NCBI RefSeq assembly: GCF_009914755.1
Contig: NC_060947.1
Reading direction: 5' to 3' (one strand)
Length of the DNA stretch: 64,000 nt
Source: the human T2T-CHM13v2.0 reference genome, Homo sapiens
The first letter of the stretch is position 1, and the number at the start of each line of letters is the position of its first letter. Position numbers and translations under genes: made by a program. The notes beneath the pieces are model-generated. The model had not been told where the DNA came from. It saw only the letters and a program-made list of their open reading frames with translations, and ran no database searches. Shown here in pieces: positions 11,493 through 25,094 of the stretch.

Positions 11493-14400
11493 GGTTGGCA
11501 GAGAAAGATGGTGCAATAGAAGTCTATACCATTCATTCCCCTCCCACCCCACAGGAACACCAAATTTTAATGACTATCTGCACACAGAAAAGCATCACCA
11601 CAAGAAAAATAAATCAGGTGAGCAATCACAATACCTGGTTTTAAACTCATGTTGCTAAAAGAAGCATTGAAGAGGGTCAGAGGGACATTCTTGAATCACT
11701 GATCCCCCATCATCTGACAGCAGCCCTGTGGCAAGGAGAGTATATGCACCTAGAAAAGGGAGTGTGCAGTGACTGGGAGACTTTACATTGAACTTAGTGC
11801 TACCCTATCATAGTAGAGAGGAAAATTCTGTTTGGCTCAGCCAGCACCGATGTATAGAGGGAGCATTTGGACCAGATCTAGCCAGAGGGGAATCACCCAT
11901 CCCAGTGGTCAAAACTTGAATTTCTCATCAAGCCTCATAACCGTGGGCTGAAGCACTCTGCAGTCCTACATAAACTTGAAAGGCAGTCTAGGACACAAGG
12001 ACTGCAATTTCTAGGCAACTCGTAGTGCTACGGTGGGCTTAGAGCCAGTAAACTAGTGTGGCACATGACCTAGGGAGAGATGTGGCTAAGGGAGGGCTTT
12101 CATCATCCCTCCACAATCCCAGGCAGTGCAGCTCACAACAACAAAAGTTACTCCTTCCTTTGGCTTAATGAGAGAAAAGCAAACAGTAAAGGGGACTTTG
12201 TTTTGTATGTTGGTTACTAGCTCAGCCACAATAGGATAATGGCACAGAGCAGAGTCATGAGGCCCAGAATCCAGGCCCTAGCTCCTGGATGACATTTCTA
12301 GACACACCCTAGGCCAAAAGAGAACCTACTACCTTGAAAGGAAGGACTCAGTCCTGACAAGATTTATCACCTGCTGACTAAAGAGGCCTTGGACCCCAAA
12401 TAACCAGCAGCAATACCCAGAGGGTACACCATGGGCCTTGGACTCTGAGGCAAGCTGGCTCCTGGGGGAGACCCATCACATATCCAGATATGGTAGCTAC
12501 AGTGAAAGACTCCTTCTGTTTGAGAAAAGCAAAGGGAAACGTAAAGGGGGGATCTTTGTTTTGCACCTTAGGTACCAGCTCAGCCACAGTGAGGTACAGC
12601 AACAAGTGGGCCTTGGGGTCTCCAGCTGGAGGCCGAGGCCCTTGGACAGCATTTCCAGACCTGGCCTGTACCAGATGGGACCCCACTGCCCTGAAGGGTG
12701 AGTCCCAGGCCTGGCAGCATTCACTGCAATTTGGCTAAAGAGCTCTTGGGTGTTAGGTGGATACTGGTGATGGCTTGGCAGAAACCCACCATGGGCTGGT
12801 GGTGGTGTTGGCCATAGGGAGAGTCTCCTTTGACTGCAGAAAGGGGAGGAAAAGGCTTGTATTGTGGTTTGAGTGCCAGCTCAGCTGAAGTAGAATAGAC
12901 CATCAGGCCAAATTCTAAGGTGTTTGCTCCAATCCATGGCTCCCAAAGAGCATCTCTGGACTGGGCCAGGGCCTAGTCCTGAAGGGAAGGACACAAAGCT
13001 GGTTGGCTTCACTACCTGCTAATCATAGAGCCCTAGGGCCTTGAATGAACATCATAAGTATTCATAGTTACAGAGAACCTTGGGTGAGCTCCAGTGCTGT
13101 GCTGGCTTCAGGTCTGACCCAGCACAGTCCCAGTAGTGGTGGCCACTGGGGTACCTGCATCACCACACCCCAAGTTCCTGGTGGCCCAGCACAGAGAGAG
13201 ATACTCCATTTGTCGGGAGAAAGTAGTGAAAAGAAAAAAATAAATCTCTGTCTGGTAACCCAGAAAATTCTTCCAGATCTTATTCAAGACCACCAAGTCA
13301 GTACCTCAATGAGTCTGCAAAAAACAATAATGATATTAGGCTTGAAGCCTAGGTCTCTTTGAATACCTAGAAAGACTTCTCAAGAAGGATGGGCACAAAC
13401 AAGCACAGACTGCCAAGAGTACAAAAAATAACTAACTCTTCCATGTCAAGTTACCAAAGAAGATCTACAAGCATCAAGATCATTCAGAAAAACATGACCT
13501 CAACAAACTAACAAATAAGGCACCAAGAACCAAGGCTTAAGTAACAGAGATTTGTGACCTTTCAGAGAATCCAAAATAGTTGTTTTTAGGAAACTAAAAG
13601 AAATTCAAGATAGCACAGAGAAATAATTTAGAATTCTATCAGACAAATTAAAAGATTGAAATAATTAAGAAATATCAATTGTAGACTTGAAGAATACAAC
13701 TGACATATGAGGAATGCATCGGAGTCCTTTTATAGCAGAATTGATCAAGCAGAAGAAAGAATTAGTGAGCTTGAAGAGAGGTTATTTGAAAATACACAGC
13801 CAGAAGAGACAAAAGGAAAAAAAAACAATGAAGCACGCCTATGAGATATAGGAAGTAGTCTCAAAAGGGAAAATGTAAGAGTTATTGACTTAAAGAGGAG
13901 GTAGAGAAAGAGATTGGTAGAAAGACTATTCAAAGTGATAACAACAGAGAACTTCCCAAACCTGGAGAAAGATAACAACATTCAAGCACAAGAAGGTTAT
14001 AGAATACCAAGCAGACTTAACCCAAAGATCGCCTCAAGGCATCCAATAGTCAACCGCCCCAAGTTCAAGGCTAAGAAACAATTCTAAAAGCAGGAAGAGA
14101 AAAAAAAATAACATGCAATAGAGTTTCAATACGTCTGGCAACAGAATTTTCAGTAAAAACCTCACAGGCCAGGAGAGAATGGCAAGACATATTGGAAGTG
14201 CTGAAAAAGAAAAAAAAAAAGTTTGCTTAGGATAATAAAGCCAAAAAAATAAACTTTACGTAAGAAGGAAAAATAAAGATCTTCCCAGCCAAACAAAAGC
14301 TGAGGAATGTCATGAGCACCAGATTTGTCCAAAAAGAAATGCTAAAGGGAAGTTCTTCAATCTGAAAGAAAAGGATCTCAATGAGCAAGAAGAAATCATC

Positions 14401-16724
14401 TGAAGATGCAAAACTCACTGGTAATAGTGATTACACAGAAAAACATAGAATATTATATAACACTGTAATTGCAGTGTGTAAACTAGTCTTATCCTAATTA
14501 GAAAGAGTAAATGATGAACCAATCAAAAATTATAACTAAAACAAATTTTCAAGGCATACACAGTACAATAAGGCATAAAGAGAAACAACAAAAAATTGAA
14601 GTGTGGATATAACATGTAGAGTTTTTATTAGTTTTCTGTTGTGTCTTTGTTTATGCAATCCGTGTTGTCATCAGTTTAAAATAATGGGATATAAGATAGT
14701 ATTTGAAAGCCTCATGGTGACATCAAATCAAAAAATATACAATAGAAATATGAATAAAAAAGCAAGAAATTAAATTATACCACAAAAGAAAATCACCTTC
14801 ACTTAAAGAAAAATACGAAGGAAAGAAAGAAGGAAGAGAAGTTCACAAAACATCCAGAAAACAAGTAAAAAATGTTATTATTGATAAGTCCTTACTTATC
14901 AACTTATTTGGGAGAAGACGCAAATAAATAAAATTACTCATTAGTAATTACATTGAAGGCAAATATATTAAACTGTCCAATCAAAAGGCATAAAGTGGCT
15001 GAATGAATTTTTTTAAATGTCCCAATAATCTGTTGCCTACAAGAAACACATATTGCCTATAAAGGTACACACAGACTACAAATAAAGGGATAGAAAAAGA
15101 TAGTCCATGCTAATGGAAACAAAAAAAGAGCAGGAACTTATATCAGACAAAATAGACTTTAAGAGAAAAAGTGTACAAAGAGACAAAGAAGATCATTGAT
15201 AACAAAGGAATCAATCCAGCAATAGAATATAATGATTGTTAATATATGCACCCAATATTAGAGCACTCAGATATAAAGCAAGTACTCTTAGAGTTAAAGA
15301 GAGAGATGGGCCCCAATACAATAATAGTGGGAGACTTCAACACCCCACTTTCATAATTGTACACATCTTCTAAATAGAAAATCAACAAAGAACCTTCAGA
15401 CTTAATCCGCACTATAGAATAAATGAACCTCACAGATATTTACAGAACATTGCATCCAAAGTCTGCAGACTGCATATTCTTTTCCTCAACACAAAAATCA
15501 TTTTCAAGGACAGACCATATGATATGTTAGGTCACAAAACAAATCTTAAAACATTATTTGAAACTATCCAAACACATGGAAATTAAACAATATGCTCCTG
15601 AATGGCCAGTGGGTCAATGAAAAAATTAAGAAAATTTATATTTTTTTGAAATAAATGATAATGAAGATACAACATATCAAAACCCATGGGATACAGTGAA
15701 AGCAGTATTAAAAGTGAAATTTATAGCTGTAAGTGCCTATACCAAAAAGGAAAAAAAAAATAAACTAATGATTCATCTAAAAGAACTAGAAAAGCAAGAC
15801 CAAATGTAACCCCAAATAAGTAGAATATATATAATAAAGATCAGAGCAGAAATCAATGATTTTGAAATGAAGAAAACAATAACAATTTAAATAAAATAAA
15901 AAGTTGTATTTTTAAAAATATACAAAATTTACAAACCTTTCCCAGGCTAATGAAGAAAAAAAGGGAGAAGACCCAAATAAATTAAATTAGAGATAAAAAA
16001 GGAGACATTACAATTGATATCGCAGAAATTAAAAGGATAATTAGTGGCTACTATAAGAAATTATATGCCAATGAATTAAAAAATCTAGAAGAAATGTATA
16101 AATTCCTAAGTACATACCACATACCAAGATTGAACCATGAAGAAACCCAAAATATGAATAGATCAAAAACAAATAAAGAGATTGAAGGTATATTAAAAAG
16201 TCTCCCAGTAAATGAAAGCCTGTGACTCCATGACTTCACCACTGAATTCTACTAAACATTTAAAAAATCAATATGAATCCTACTCCATGTATCCTAAAAT
16301 AGAGAGGAAGAGGAAACACATTCACACTTATTCTATGAGAAGTGTTACTGTGATACCAAAAACTAATTAAAGACACATCAAAACAAGAAAACTATAGGCC
16401 AATACCACTAATGAATATTGGTGCAAAAATTCTTAAAATACTAGCAAACCAAATTCAACAATAAATTAATAAGATAATTCATCATAACAAAGTGAGATTT
16501 ATCCCAGGGATGCAAGGATGGTTCAACATATGCATATCAATCAATGTGATATATCATACCAATAGAATGAAGGACAAAAATCTTAGGGTAATTTCAATTT
16601 ATTCAGAAACAACATTTGGTAAAGTTCAACATCACTTCATGATAAAAATCCTCAAAAAAGTGGAGATAGAAGGAACGTAATAAAAACATATATGACAGAC
16701 CCACTGCTAGTATCATACTTAATG

Positions 16725-16726
<2 letters not shown>
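11493..16726 (+). mobile_element. LINE-1 (L1MA1-3/L1M1-like): 5'UTR, ORF1, ORF2 EN and start of RT; 3'-truncated, ORFs decayed
   Basis: AAGATGG-type 5' end, ORF1-like 13440-14400, EN motif GGAGACTTCAACACCCCACT, RT peptide [19 protein letters not shown] in ORF track (16492-16680). Confidence 0.93.

Positions 16727-16794
<68 letters not shown>
16727..16794. repeat. (GA)34 microsatellite
   Basis: Perfect dinucleotide run directly abutting the L1 break. Confidence 0.98.
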
Positions 16795-16798
<4 letters not shown>

Positions 16799-17659
16799 TC
16801 CATCTGGGTCTGTTAATAAACATGTTATTTTTTGCCACATTGAAATATGGTGGTACAAGGAAGAGAATGAAAATTCCCTATTCTCTCTGGGCTCTTAAAA
16901 ATCCTAACCTGGTTTATTCAGACATTCTAAAATGCTGCAAGCAAATTATTAATTTGCTTATCGTCAACAAGGTGAGGATGCTTTTCCTCCCGTCTGTCCA
17001 TCCAAACCACTCCACAACCTAAAATTTGGAGACAGTGTTCTGGAGGCAACTTTACCAGGAGGCTAATTTTGATCTTCATTTTAAGGGCCCACTTCATGCT
17101 CATTACAATTAACACTGCTGCCAAATTCCAGGAAGTCCAACGCTGGGCTTTTGTCTCTCAACTCAAGAAGTACAAGAGACATTTTGAATGTAATCCATTC
17201 CAATTGAGGACCTGAAACAAAGGCTCTCTTGAGTTCCCAGAGGAAGAGAGTGCACTGAGGTAGACAGATTTCCCATGAACTTTGGGCATCCAGGTAAATG
17301 ATGTCATGAGGTATTCAGCTTCCATTGAAGATATTGTCAGAACAAGATCGATTAGGATTCCTTTGTCTCCATTTTGTCCTTTTAACTTTCATTTTTCTTC
17401 TTTGCTGTATCTTTCTTCTTCTCCCTCTCCACCAGTGTTATCTTTGCTATACACATACTTTCCAACTTGCAACCTAAACCATATGATTTTCTAATATTTT
17501 ATTAAGACAAATTCTTAGGTATGAAATTACTGTGTCAAGTGATATGAGTGTTTTTTCACTCTTAATAAAGTTTTTTTTAGACATGTGGATTCTAAACTTG
17601 TTACATGCTTATTATAACAACTTAAATAATAGATATGTGCCTGAAATAACATTAAAATA

Positions 17660-18280
17660 TATAGTAATATCCAATTGAGTAAGGTTGTGGGGAAATGATA
17701 CTCTTTTATGCATTTTATTTGACTGTAAGATATTATTATACCATGCTGGAGAGCCAGTTAGCCATTAGTACCTTGAAGAGCTATAGTTATCCACATAATA
17801 TAACTCAGAAATTTGTCATGAGAGGCCCTCTCCCACACAGGGTGAGGAAACAGACAGCACTATGCATTTTACAATTGTTTCCTACAGTTAAAATGGAAAA
17901 TAAACTGAATGCCCATCAATATGGAACTAGATAATTTGCTGCATTGTCATACAATAGAACATTGTGCAGCTGTGAAAATAAATTATGATGTATTTCAACA
18001 CAGATGAATGTCACAAACACATTAATGAGTTTTTTAAAGTAAGTTGAAAAAGCATTTATGAAGCATGCTATTCATATAAAACTTTTTCAGAAAACCAAAC
18101 AGTATTATATGTTTTCTATGGGTATTTATGTAAACAAATGGAAAAATATCTTTCAAATTCACACTAGTGTTTATAGGGAATAGGAGAAAAAAATAAGAAT
18201 GGAAGTAGAAGTTAAGCAAAATAATAGTTTAATTTGTAATATTTTAATGGAAAAGAATATAGTTATTATGCTTCCCGTGG
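17660..18280 (+). mobile_element. Old L1ME 3' fragment
   Basis: AAACTGAATGCCCATCAATA...CATACAATAGAACATTGTGCAGCTGTGAAAA. Confidence 0.65.
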
Positions 18281-20156
18281 AACTCCAAACTACATGCGTG
18301 TGTATGCTTATGCACCCACATATACACACACACACACACAGAGACTTACAAACACACTCAGAGAGAGAGAGAAAGGCCACAGTATTCACAATACTATATT
18401 CTGGATTGTAAATGTATGATTGGTTATTTTCTTATATATATTGATATGTGTTTTTTTTAAGATAAAGAGGAGGCAGAACTGTGATTAATGCTAGGAAAGC
18501 TATTATTTTCTCTAGTGGCTTTCTGTCCTTTTAATCACTCATTCACACATATAAGCACGCTCACACATAAAGCCATTTCCGTAGGTGGAGCAGTATTTAA
18601 CCAGTGTGGCTGATAAAGGATCACTTGTTAGAACTAAGACAGTCCACGTGATCGAACCACCTTAAGTATCTAAAAATATTCTGAGTGGTTTTCCATGACG
18701 GAGGGCATGTGCAACTGTCTATTAACTGCTTTGCGCAGCTTCCAATCAAGGGAAAGATGATTTATGTGACCTCATATTTTGCAATATTAGAATATTATAT
18801 ATATATACATAACCTATATAACATATATACAATCAACCTGCATATAACCTATATATATACACATATAGTGCATATATATATATAACCTACATGTATATAT
18901 AACCAAAAGTCTATCATAGTGGTTACAGTTATACTGAAAATTCCCTTTTCAGCTCTGAATGTGAATAAGCCTTAACTTATCACCTAGAAAACAGAGGGAA
19001 TGCTATGCTGTCACAGGTTAATTGCATTGTAATCTAAATGGCCTTACCTTATTAACTCATGATTAATCACTGATGATATGGGCATGTAATTTGAAACTGC
19101 ACTTGTAGACTTTATTGCTTGCTCTTGTGCAAATAAAAATTGTGAAAATTTTAGTGACTTCTAAATAAGAAAACAGTTCCAATTCTGTGTAACAAAATAA
19201 AAATTGAAGTTAATGACCACAGAACCAAAGAAAAATTAGGAATGAACCCACTCTGTGTCTTTTTAAGTAAGGCCTTCTGCCTTAATTAGGTTTATCAGAA
19301 CATGGAGCTACTCTTGCTCAGCTAGGTTTTCTGATCTTGGAATGCAAGTGCTTTCTGTTAAGACTTGAAACCCATTCAAGCACCCTAATTCAGATACATT
19401 CAATCAAACTCCCCAAAGGAGTATTCACATGTGAACACAAATTTTTATCAGCGATATTTGAAGATGTGGGTAGAGTAAGAAGAATGCCAGAAGACTGGAT
19501 GCAACTTTAAGCGGACCTGTGCACTCATGAGATTATGATACCCACTGTCCCCATTTGTAAGAAAAAAAGCATAATAAACAGCAAAGTAATTGTTAAAGAA
19601 ATAAAACAAATGTGTGAGGATTTCTTGATATCCCTCTGATGATGTGTTTTCTTTTGAAATATCAATTTTTTTGTGTAAAAATTTTTTGTTATCTCTGCTT
19701 TGCTGGTGCCTTATATCTTGCTTGGCCTAATAGATAAACCAGCATAAACTGACAGAAGAGAAAAAACAGGCATATTTATGTTTCTTTTCCAAAGATGGTG
19801 AAACTAGAAGTTCCAGACCTATGATCTTGATATTAATGCACAGCAAAATTCAAGAACAGACTGGCAACTAGGTAACTTATTAGAATTAATAAAGTAGAGA
19901 TTAGTAGTTGCCAGAATAGATTTAGCAATACTAAGTCATGTTAATAATTGTGGATTACCAGACTGGTTAATTTGGTAGAAAGGGGTGTGTCTGTGTGTGT
20001 GAGTGTGTATCTGTACAGGCACTATTTTTCCTTAGTTTAAAAAAGAATTTGGATAGTATTTCCTCATACATATAAAGACAAGAAAATAAAACTAAATGAC
20101 AGTACAAACAAATGGATTTTTAAGTCCTTGAATAAACTGATCAACACTCATTTCCT

Positions 20157-20897
20157 ACAATCAAAAACCCACTAAGAGATATCATCTCACACCAGTCAGA
20201 ATGGTCGTTATTAAAAAGTCAAAAAACAACAGATGGTGGCAAGGCTAGGGAGAAAGGGGAATGCTCCTACGCTGTTAGTGGGAATGTAAATTAGTGCAGC
20301 CACTGTAGAAGGCAGTTTGGAGATTCCTTAAACAACTTAAACACAACTGCCATTACTGAGTATATGTCCAAAAAAAAATGAATTGTTCCACCAAAAAGAT
20401 ACATACATTTGCATGCTCTTCACAACACTATTCGCAATAGCAAAGACATGGAATCAACCTAATTGCTCATCAGTGGTGGATTGAATAAAGGAAACATGGT
20501 ACATATGCACCATGGAATACTATGCAGCCATAAAAATAAATGGAATCATGTCTTTGCAGCAACATGGATGCAGCTGGAGGTCATTACCCTAAGAGAATTA
20601 ATGCAGGGACAGAAAACTGAATATCACATGTTCTCACTTACAAGTGGGAGCTAAATGTTGGGTACTCATGGACATAAAGATGGCAACAATGGACACTGAG
20701 GACTATCAGAGGGGGATGGAAGATGGTTCAAGGTTTGAAAACCTAACTATTGAGTACTGTGCTCAGTAATTGTGTGATGGGATCAATTGTATCCTAAACT
20801 TCAGCATTACACAGTATACCCAAGTAACAAACCTGCACATGTATTTCCTGAATCTAAGATAGAAGGTGAAATTATAAGGACAGAAAATAAAAAAAAA
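20157..20897 (+). mobile_element. 5'-truncated L1 (L1PA15-17/L1PB-like 3' end)
   Basis: CATCTCACACCAGTCAGAATGG...GTAACAAACCTGCACATGTA and A-tail, flanked by TSD ACTCATTTCCT. Confidence 0.92.
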
Positions 20898-21024
20898 CTC
20901 ATTTCCTCATTCATTCGATCACTATTCATTGACTAATCGTGAGCACTGAAATTCAGAAGTGAATAAAACATAGGCCCTGGTCTTAAAGAGCTTACTTTTC
21001 TACTTTTTCCCACCACCCTCTCTC

Positions 21025-21035
21025 TGCGCGTGTGT

Positions 21036-21067
<32 letters not shown>
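21025..21067. repeat. (TG/CG)n alternating purine-pyrimidine microsatellite
   Basis: 43 bp of uninterrupted Y-R alternation. Confidence 0.95.
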
Positions 21068-21099
21068 TTGTTGGTTACAGTAGTGGTAATAGTGATGTG

Positions 21100-21272
21100 T
21101 GTGGACTCTGGAGTAGGTAAACTGGATTGGATTGCCAGGTCAACTATTTAATAGTCATGCAACTTTAGACATGTTCCCTAAATTCTTTGTGTCTTAATTC
21201 CTTAAGATGAGAATGATAATAGTATTGGATCATAATGTTGCATGTGGATGAAAAGAGAGAGAACATGTATGG
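21100..21272 (+). mobile_element. MIR
   Basis: TGGACTCTGGAGT...AAGATGAGAATGATAATAGTA. Confidence 0.6.
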
Positions 21273-21274
21273 CA

Positions 21275-21565
21275 CAGCCTGATAGCTGTCCATCAAAACC
21301 CACCCATCCCTTCTTTAACACCTCAGTTAGACTACATTTTCCCAGCTGCCCATCCAGTTAGCTGTGACCATGGGACTAGGGCGTTTATTGCTACATGAAT
21401 AGAAGTAGATGGACATGATATATAAAACTTCCAGATCAGTCTGCATAAACTTCCTCTGTGCTCTTTTCCCCTCTGGATGATTGTATTGTCAGTAACCATG
21501 GGAACTTTGGAAGCTACTTATGTCATGTTTATTAAAGGTAGAACCTCTGACAGCCTGGGTTTCTA
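21275..21565 (+). mobile_element. MLT1I/J-like LTR fragment
   Basis: ACTACATTTTCCCAGCTGCCCATCCAGTTAGCTGTGACCATGGGACT. Confidence 0.65.
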
Positions 21566-21580
21566 AAAGCGCGTGTGCGG

Positions 21581-21582
<2 letters not shown>

Positions 21583-21620
<38 letters not shown>
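21583..21620. repeat. (GT)19 microsatellite
   Basis: Direct reading. Confidence 0.97.
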
Positions 21621-21623
<3 letters not shown>

Positions 21624-22403
21624 ATTAGGGAGTATGAATACACATATAAACAGATTCTTTCAGTGCAGTGTAGTATGTTCTGTAATGGAACCATGGGATC
21701 ACGGAGGGAAGTTAAGTAAATTAGTAGTGACCTGAAAAAAAGTTGCAAAAGAAAGGCATAGAAATATTTCTAGAAAAAATGAACTTAAACTAAGATTTTA
21801 AGTACAAGGAGAGATCGATCAGGTAAAAAGGAAAATAAACAACATCCTAGACAGAGTGAAAGGCATTCTTAAAGGAACAGGGACATGAAATGGCATTTCA
21901 CATTCTGAGAACTTCTAGTATTTTCAATCCAGAATATAAAATGGAATCCAAGTAATATGGGGATATAGAGCTGGAGATGAGAAAACTTCCCAGATTACAG
22001 GAGGCTTCCTATACAAGGGCAAGAATGCTTGACATTATTCTGCAGTCCAGCTGAGACTATGTAGCTCATTTATAAATATCTGTCCACTTCTACACAAAAG
22101 CATGGCCCTCATCTTGTTCAGGAGTTTTATCATTGACTTGGATGACACAGCAAAAACATGATGATAAGCAAATTGACCAAAGGCTGGAGTAATAGCTAAG
22201 GCACTGATGATCGAAGGAAGAGTCAAAATGATCTTTATCAGTCCGTAAGTGTGAGGTCTGTATTACAATCTAAAGAGTTATCTTCTAAACCCATGTTTAG
22301 AATAATTCATGTAAAAACAATCCAGATATAACATTTTATCACAAGCATACTATAAGACGATGATATAACACAGTTTATAAAACATTCAAATGATAAAAGT
22401 TTA

Positions 22404-22671
<268 letters not shown>

Positions 22672-22824
22672 TTATAAAATATTAAAAGTTTAAAAAGTTG
22701 AAAAGTTAAGCATTATAGCTGTTTTCAAATATTACAAAGCCTATCATGATGCTAAGAAATGATTTTTGTGAAGTATTCAAGAAAATAGAAGTCAAACTAA
22801 TAGACGGAAATAAGAAGGTGTGGG

Positions 22825-23205
22825 TGTATTAGTTTGCTAGGGCTTCTGTGACACAGGTTATCAGGCTGGGTGACTTAAACAACAGAAATTTATTTTCTCA
22901 CAGGTCTGAACCCCAGAAATCTGAGATGAAGGTGTTGGCAGAATTGGGTTCATTCTGAGGCCTCTCTCCTTGGATTGTAGATGGCTATCTTCTCTCTATG
23001 AGTTCACATGGTCATTCCTCTGTGTGTGTGTATTGTTTCTTCTTATAAAGACACTAGTCATATTGGAATAGGGCCCAATTTAATGATCTCATTTTATCTT
23101 AATTACCTCTTTAGGGTCTATCTCAAAATAGAGTAACATTTGTAGATAGTAGGAGTTAGGACTTCATCATATAAGTTTTGAGGGGACATATTTTAGACAA
23201 TAAGA
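22825..23205 (-). mobile_element. MLT1B-like solo LTR
   Basis: Starts TGTATTAGTTTGCTAGGGCT, TSD GTGGG/GTGAG. Confidence 0.88.
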
Positions 23206-23574
23206 GTGAGCAATCACTAATCAGCAAGTAAAAAGCTTTCTAACAATTAGAGGTGCAAAAAGCTGTCTTGATATGTTGTGAGTTCCATGTTACTAGAAAT
23301 GATTAAGGAGATGGCGTAATTCATGTTGCAAAGGGAATTCTTTTAGTTGGGAGAAAGATTAGGCTAAATTACATTCCCACTTTTCTTTATATGGTGATAA
23401 ATAACCAGTAAGGCATAATTTGAAATTATCTACGTGCATTTTTCTCTGTTCACACTTAAGTTGTGTTTCCTTAAACAACCAAATAATTAATAACCCAACT
23501 ATTAATCAAATACAACTGTCTGGGTAAGTTGATTAGTACAAATAATAAATGATTAAAATCATAGTGCTCTGGAT

Positions 23575-23720
23575 ATTTTTATAGTACTTTATAATTTACA
23601 TAAGACTTTTAGTGTACATTATTTTAAAATTTCACCGTAACATGAAAATAATGGTAAAGAAATTATTAGTATCTCCAATTTATAGACGTGGGTATTAAGA
23701 CAGAGAGATCAGAAGAAAAC
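23575..23720 (-). mobile_element. MIR fragment
   Basis: ATTATTAGTATCTCCAATTTATAGACGTGGGTATTAAGACAGAGAG. Confidence 0.6.
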
Positions 23721-24575
23721 GACTTCTTCATGTGAGACAGATTGATGTGGAAAAAGCTCCAAGACACCCCAAGTTTATGGTACTCATTGATACTTCTATG
23801 CTATTAGGAAGCTTCATTGGAAAAGTTTAAGTAATTCTGCCACACAATTCGGTCACTTTGCTATAGAGGAACATTAGTCTTACGTGAAGAAGTGGTTTTT
23901 GTATGCAACCGATTATATATCTAAGAGAAACTGCTTATGAAAATACCTTGTACTTCAAGGAGTTGCTTCATTCACAGCTAATTAATCCATCAGAGAAAGC
24001 CTCAAGTAATCACTTTCACTCCTATTCCATCAATCTGGACCAGATATAAAACCCTGACCCTTAGAGAAGTCACTAACCTCAAACCTCTGTGTATGTCTTT
24101 TATAATATCTTCTGGCATGTTCAGAATAATAATAACCAATTAATGAATGATATTCTTTTACTTTTAATCTAGCCCTAGAAAACACAAACTGGGTTATGTT
24201 GCCAAAGGGGTTCGGTTTAATTATGTTGAAAAGTCTTTTACTTTTATTCTTATAATGAGTCAATTTTATACTTCTGAAGTGAATAGTATTTGCCGGATCC
24301 TGAGATTTTGCTTCTGAAGCAGGATGTTTTGAAATTGCCAATTTGACATGAACATTTTTATGTTGGTGATGTTTTGATATGCCCGAGTCAAAATAGCTAT
24401 GGTGCGTTATAAAACATTGTTTAAAATTATCAAGTAATGTGAGCAATGTACATCCCTAACTCTCATCTCTTTCCAGAGTTTTACTTATACTAAGATTTCT
24501 GACATTTGTGAGGATCAGAATGGGGTAAGACACAAAGGATGCATGCGTATTACTTGGGTGTAAAAGAAAAAAGAT

Positions 24576-24584
24576 ACATAGATA

Positions 24585-24619
<35 letters not shown>

Positions 24620-24629
24620 TAGATAGATA
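24576..24629. repeat. (AGAC)n(AGAT)n compound tetranucleotide STR
   Basis: Direct reading. Confidence 0.95.
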
Positions 24630-24897
24630 AAGTATGACTATTTTGGCTCAGGTATACTAAAATTTTCTCCATGTCTAATCAGCCATATCAATTTAATCTT
24701 TTTACTATCCTTTTGCAGAACCTGGACCTAGCCAGGCCAGGCATAGGGTCCTCAGCTGCCTTCTATAAGGTCTCTCAACAGTGTCCCTCCTATCTCTAGA
24801 TTCAGTGAGGTCTTTGTGAGGGCAGGTGGGGAGATATATGAGGGATTTTTTTTCCAAGGAAAACCTACATTTTAATGGATTCATAAATTTTCTAGAG

Positions 24898-25094
24898 CAG
24901 TGGGGTTTCACACTTGAGCATGCATCAAAATGACCTGGAGAACTTGCTAACACACAGACTCCTGAATCCCACGCTAAGAGTTTCGAATTCAGTAGGTCTT
25001 TATGGGGGGTGGGAACTAATAATTTGCATTTGTAACAAGTTCCTGGGTGCTCCTGATGCAGCATATCCAGAAGATTAGACTTTGAGGAACACTA
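24898..25094. mobile_element. MER5A (hAT-Charlie) MITE
   Basis: CAGTGGGGTTTCACACTTGAGCATGCATCA...TTTGCATTTGTAACAAGTTCC...ACTTTGAGGAACACTA. Confidence 0.85.

Noticed and set aside
16603-16898. ORFs with LS/RE dipeptide repeats
   Set aside because: Translations of the (GA)34 microsatellite.
24030-24446. 138-aa minus-strand ORF in non-repeat DNA
   Set aside because: TTG start, no in-frame ATG, stop four codons upstream, no recognisable domain. One such frame per 64 kb is plausible by chance.
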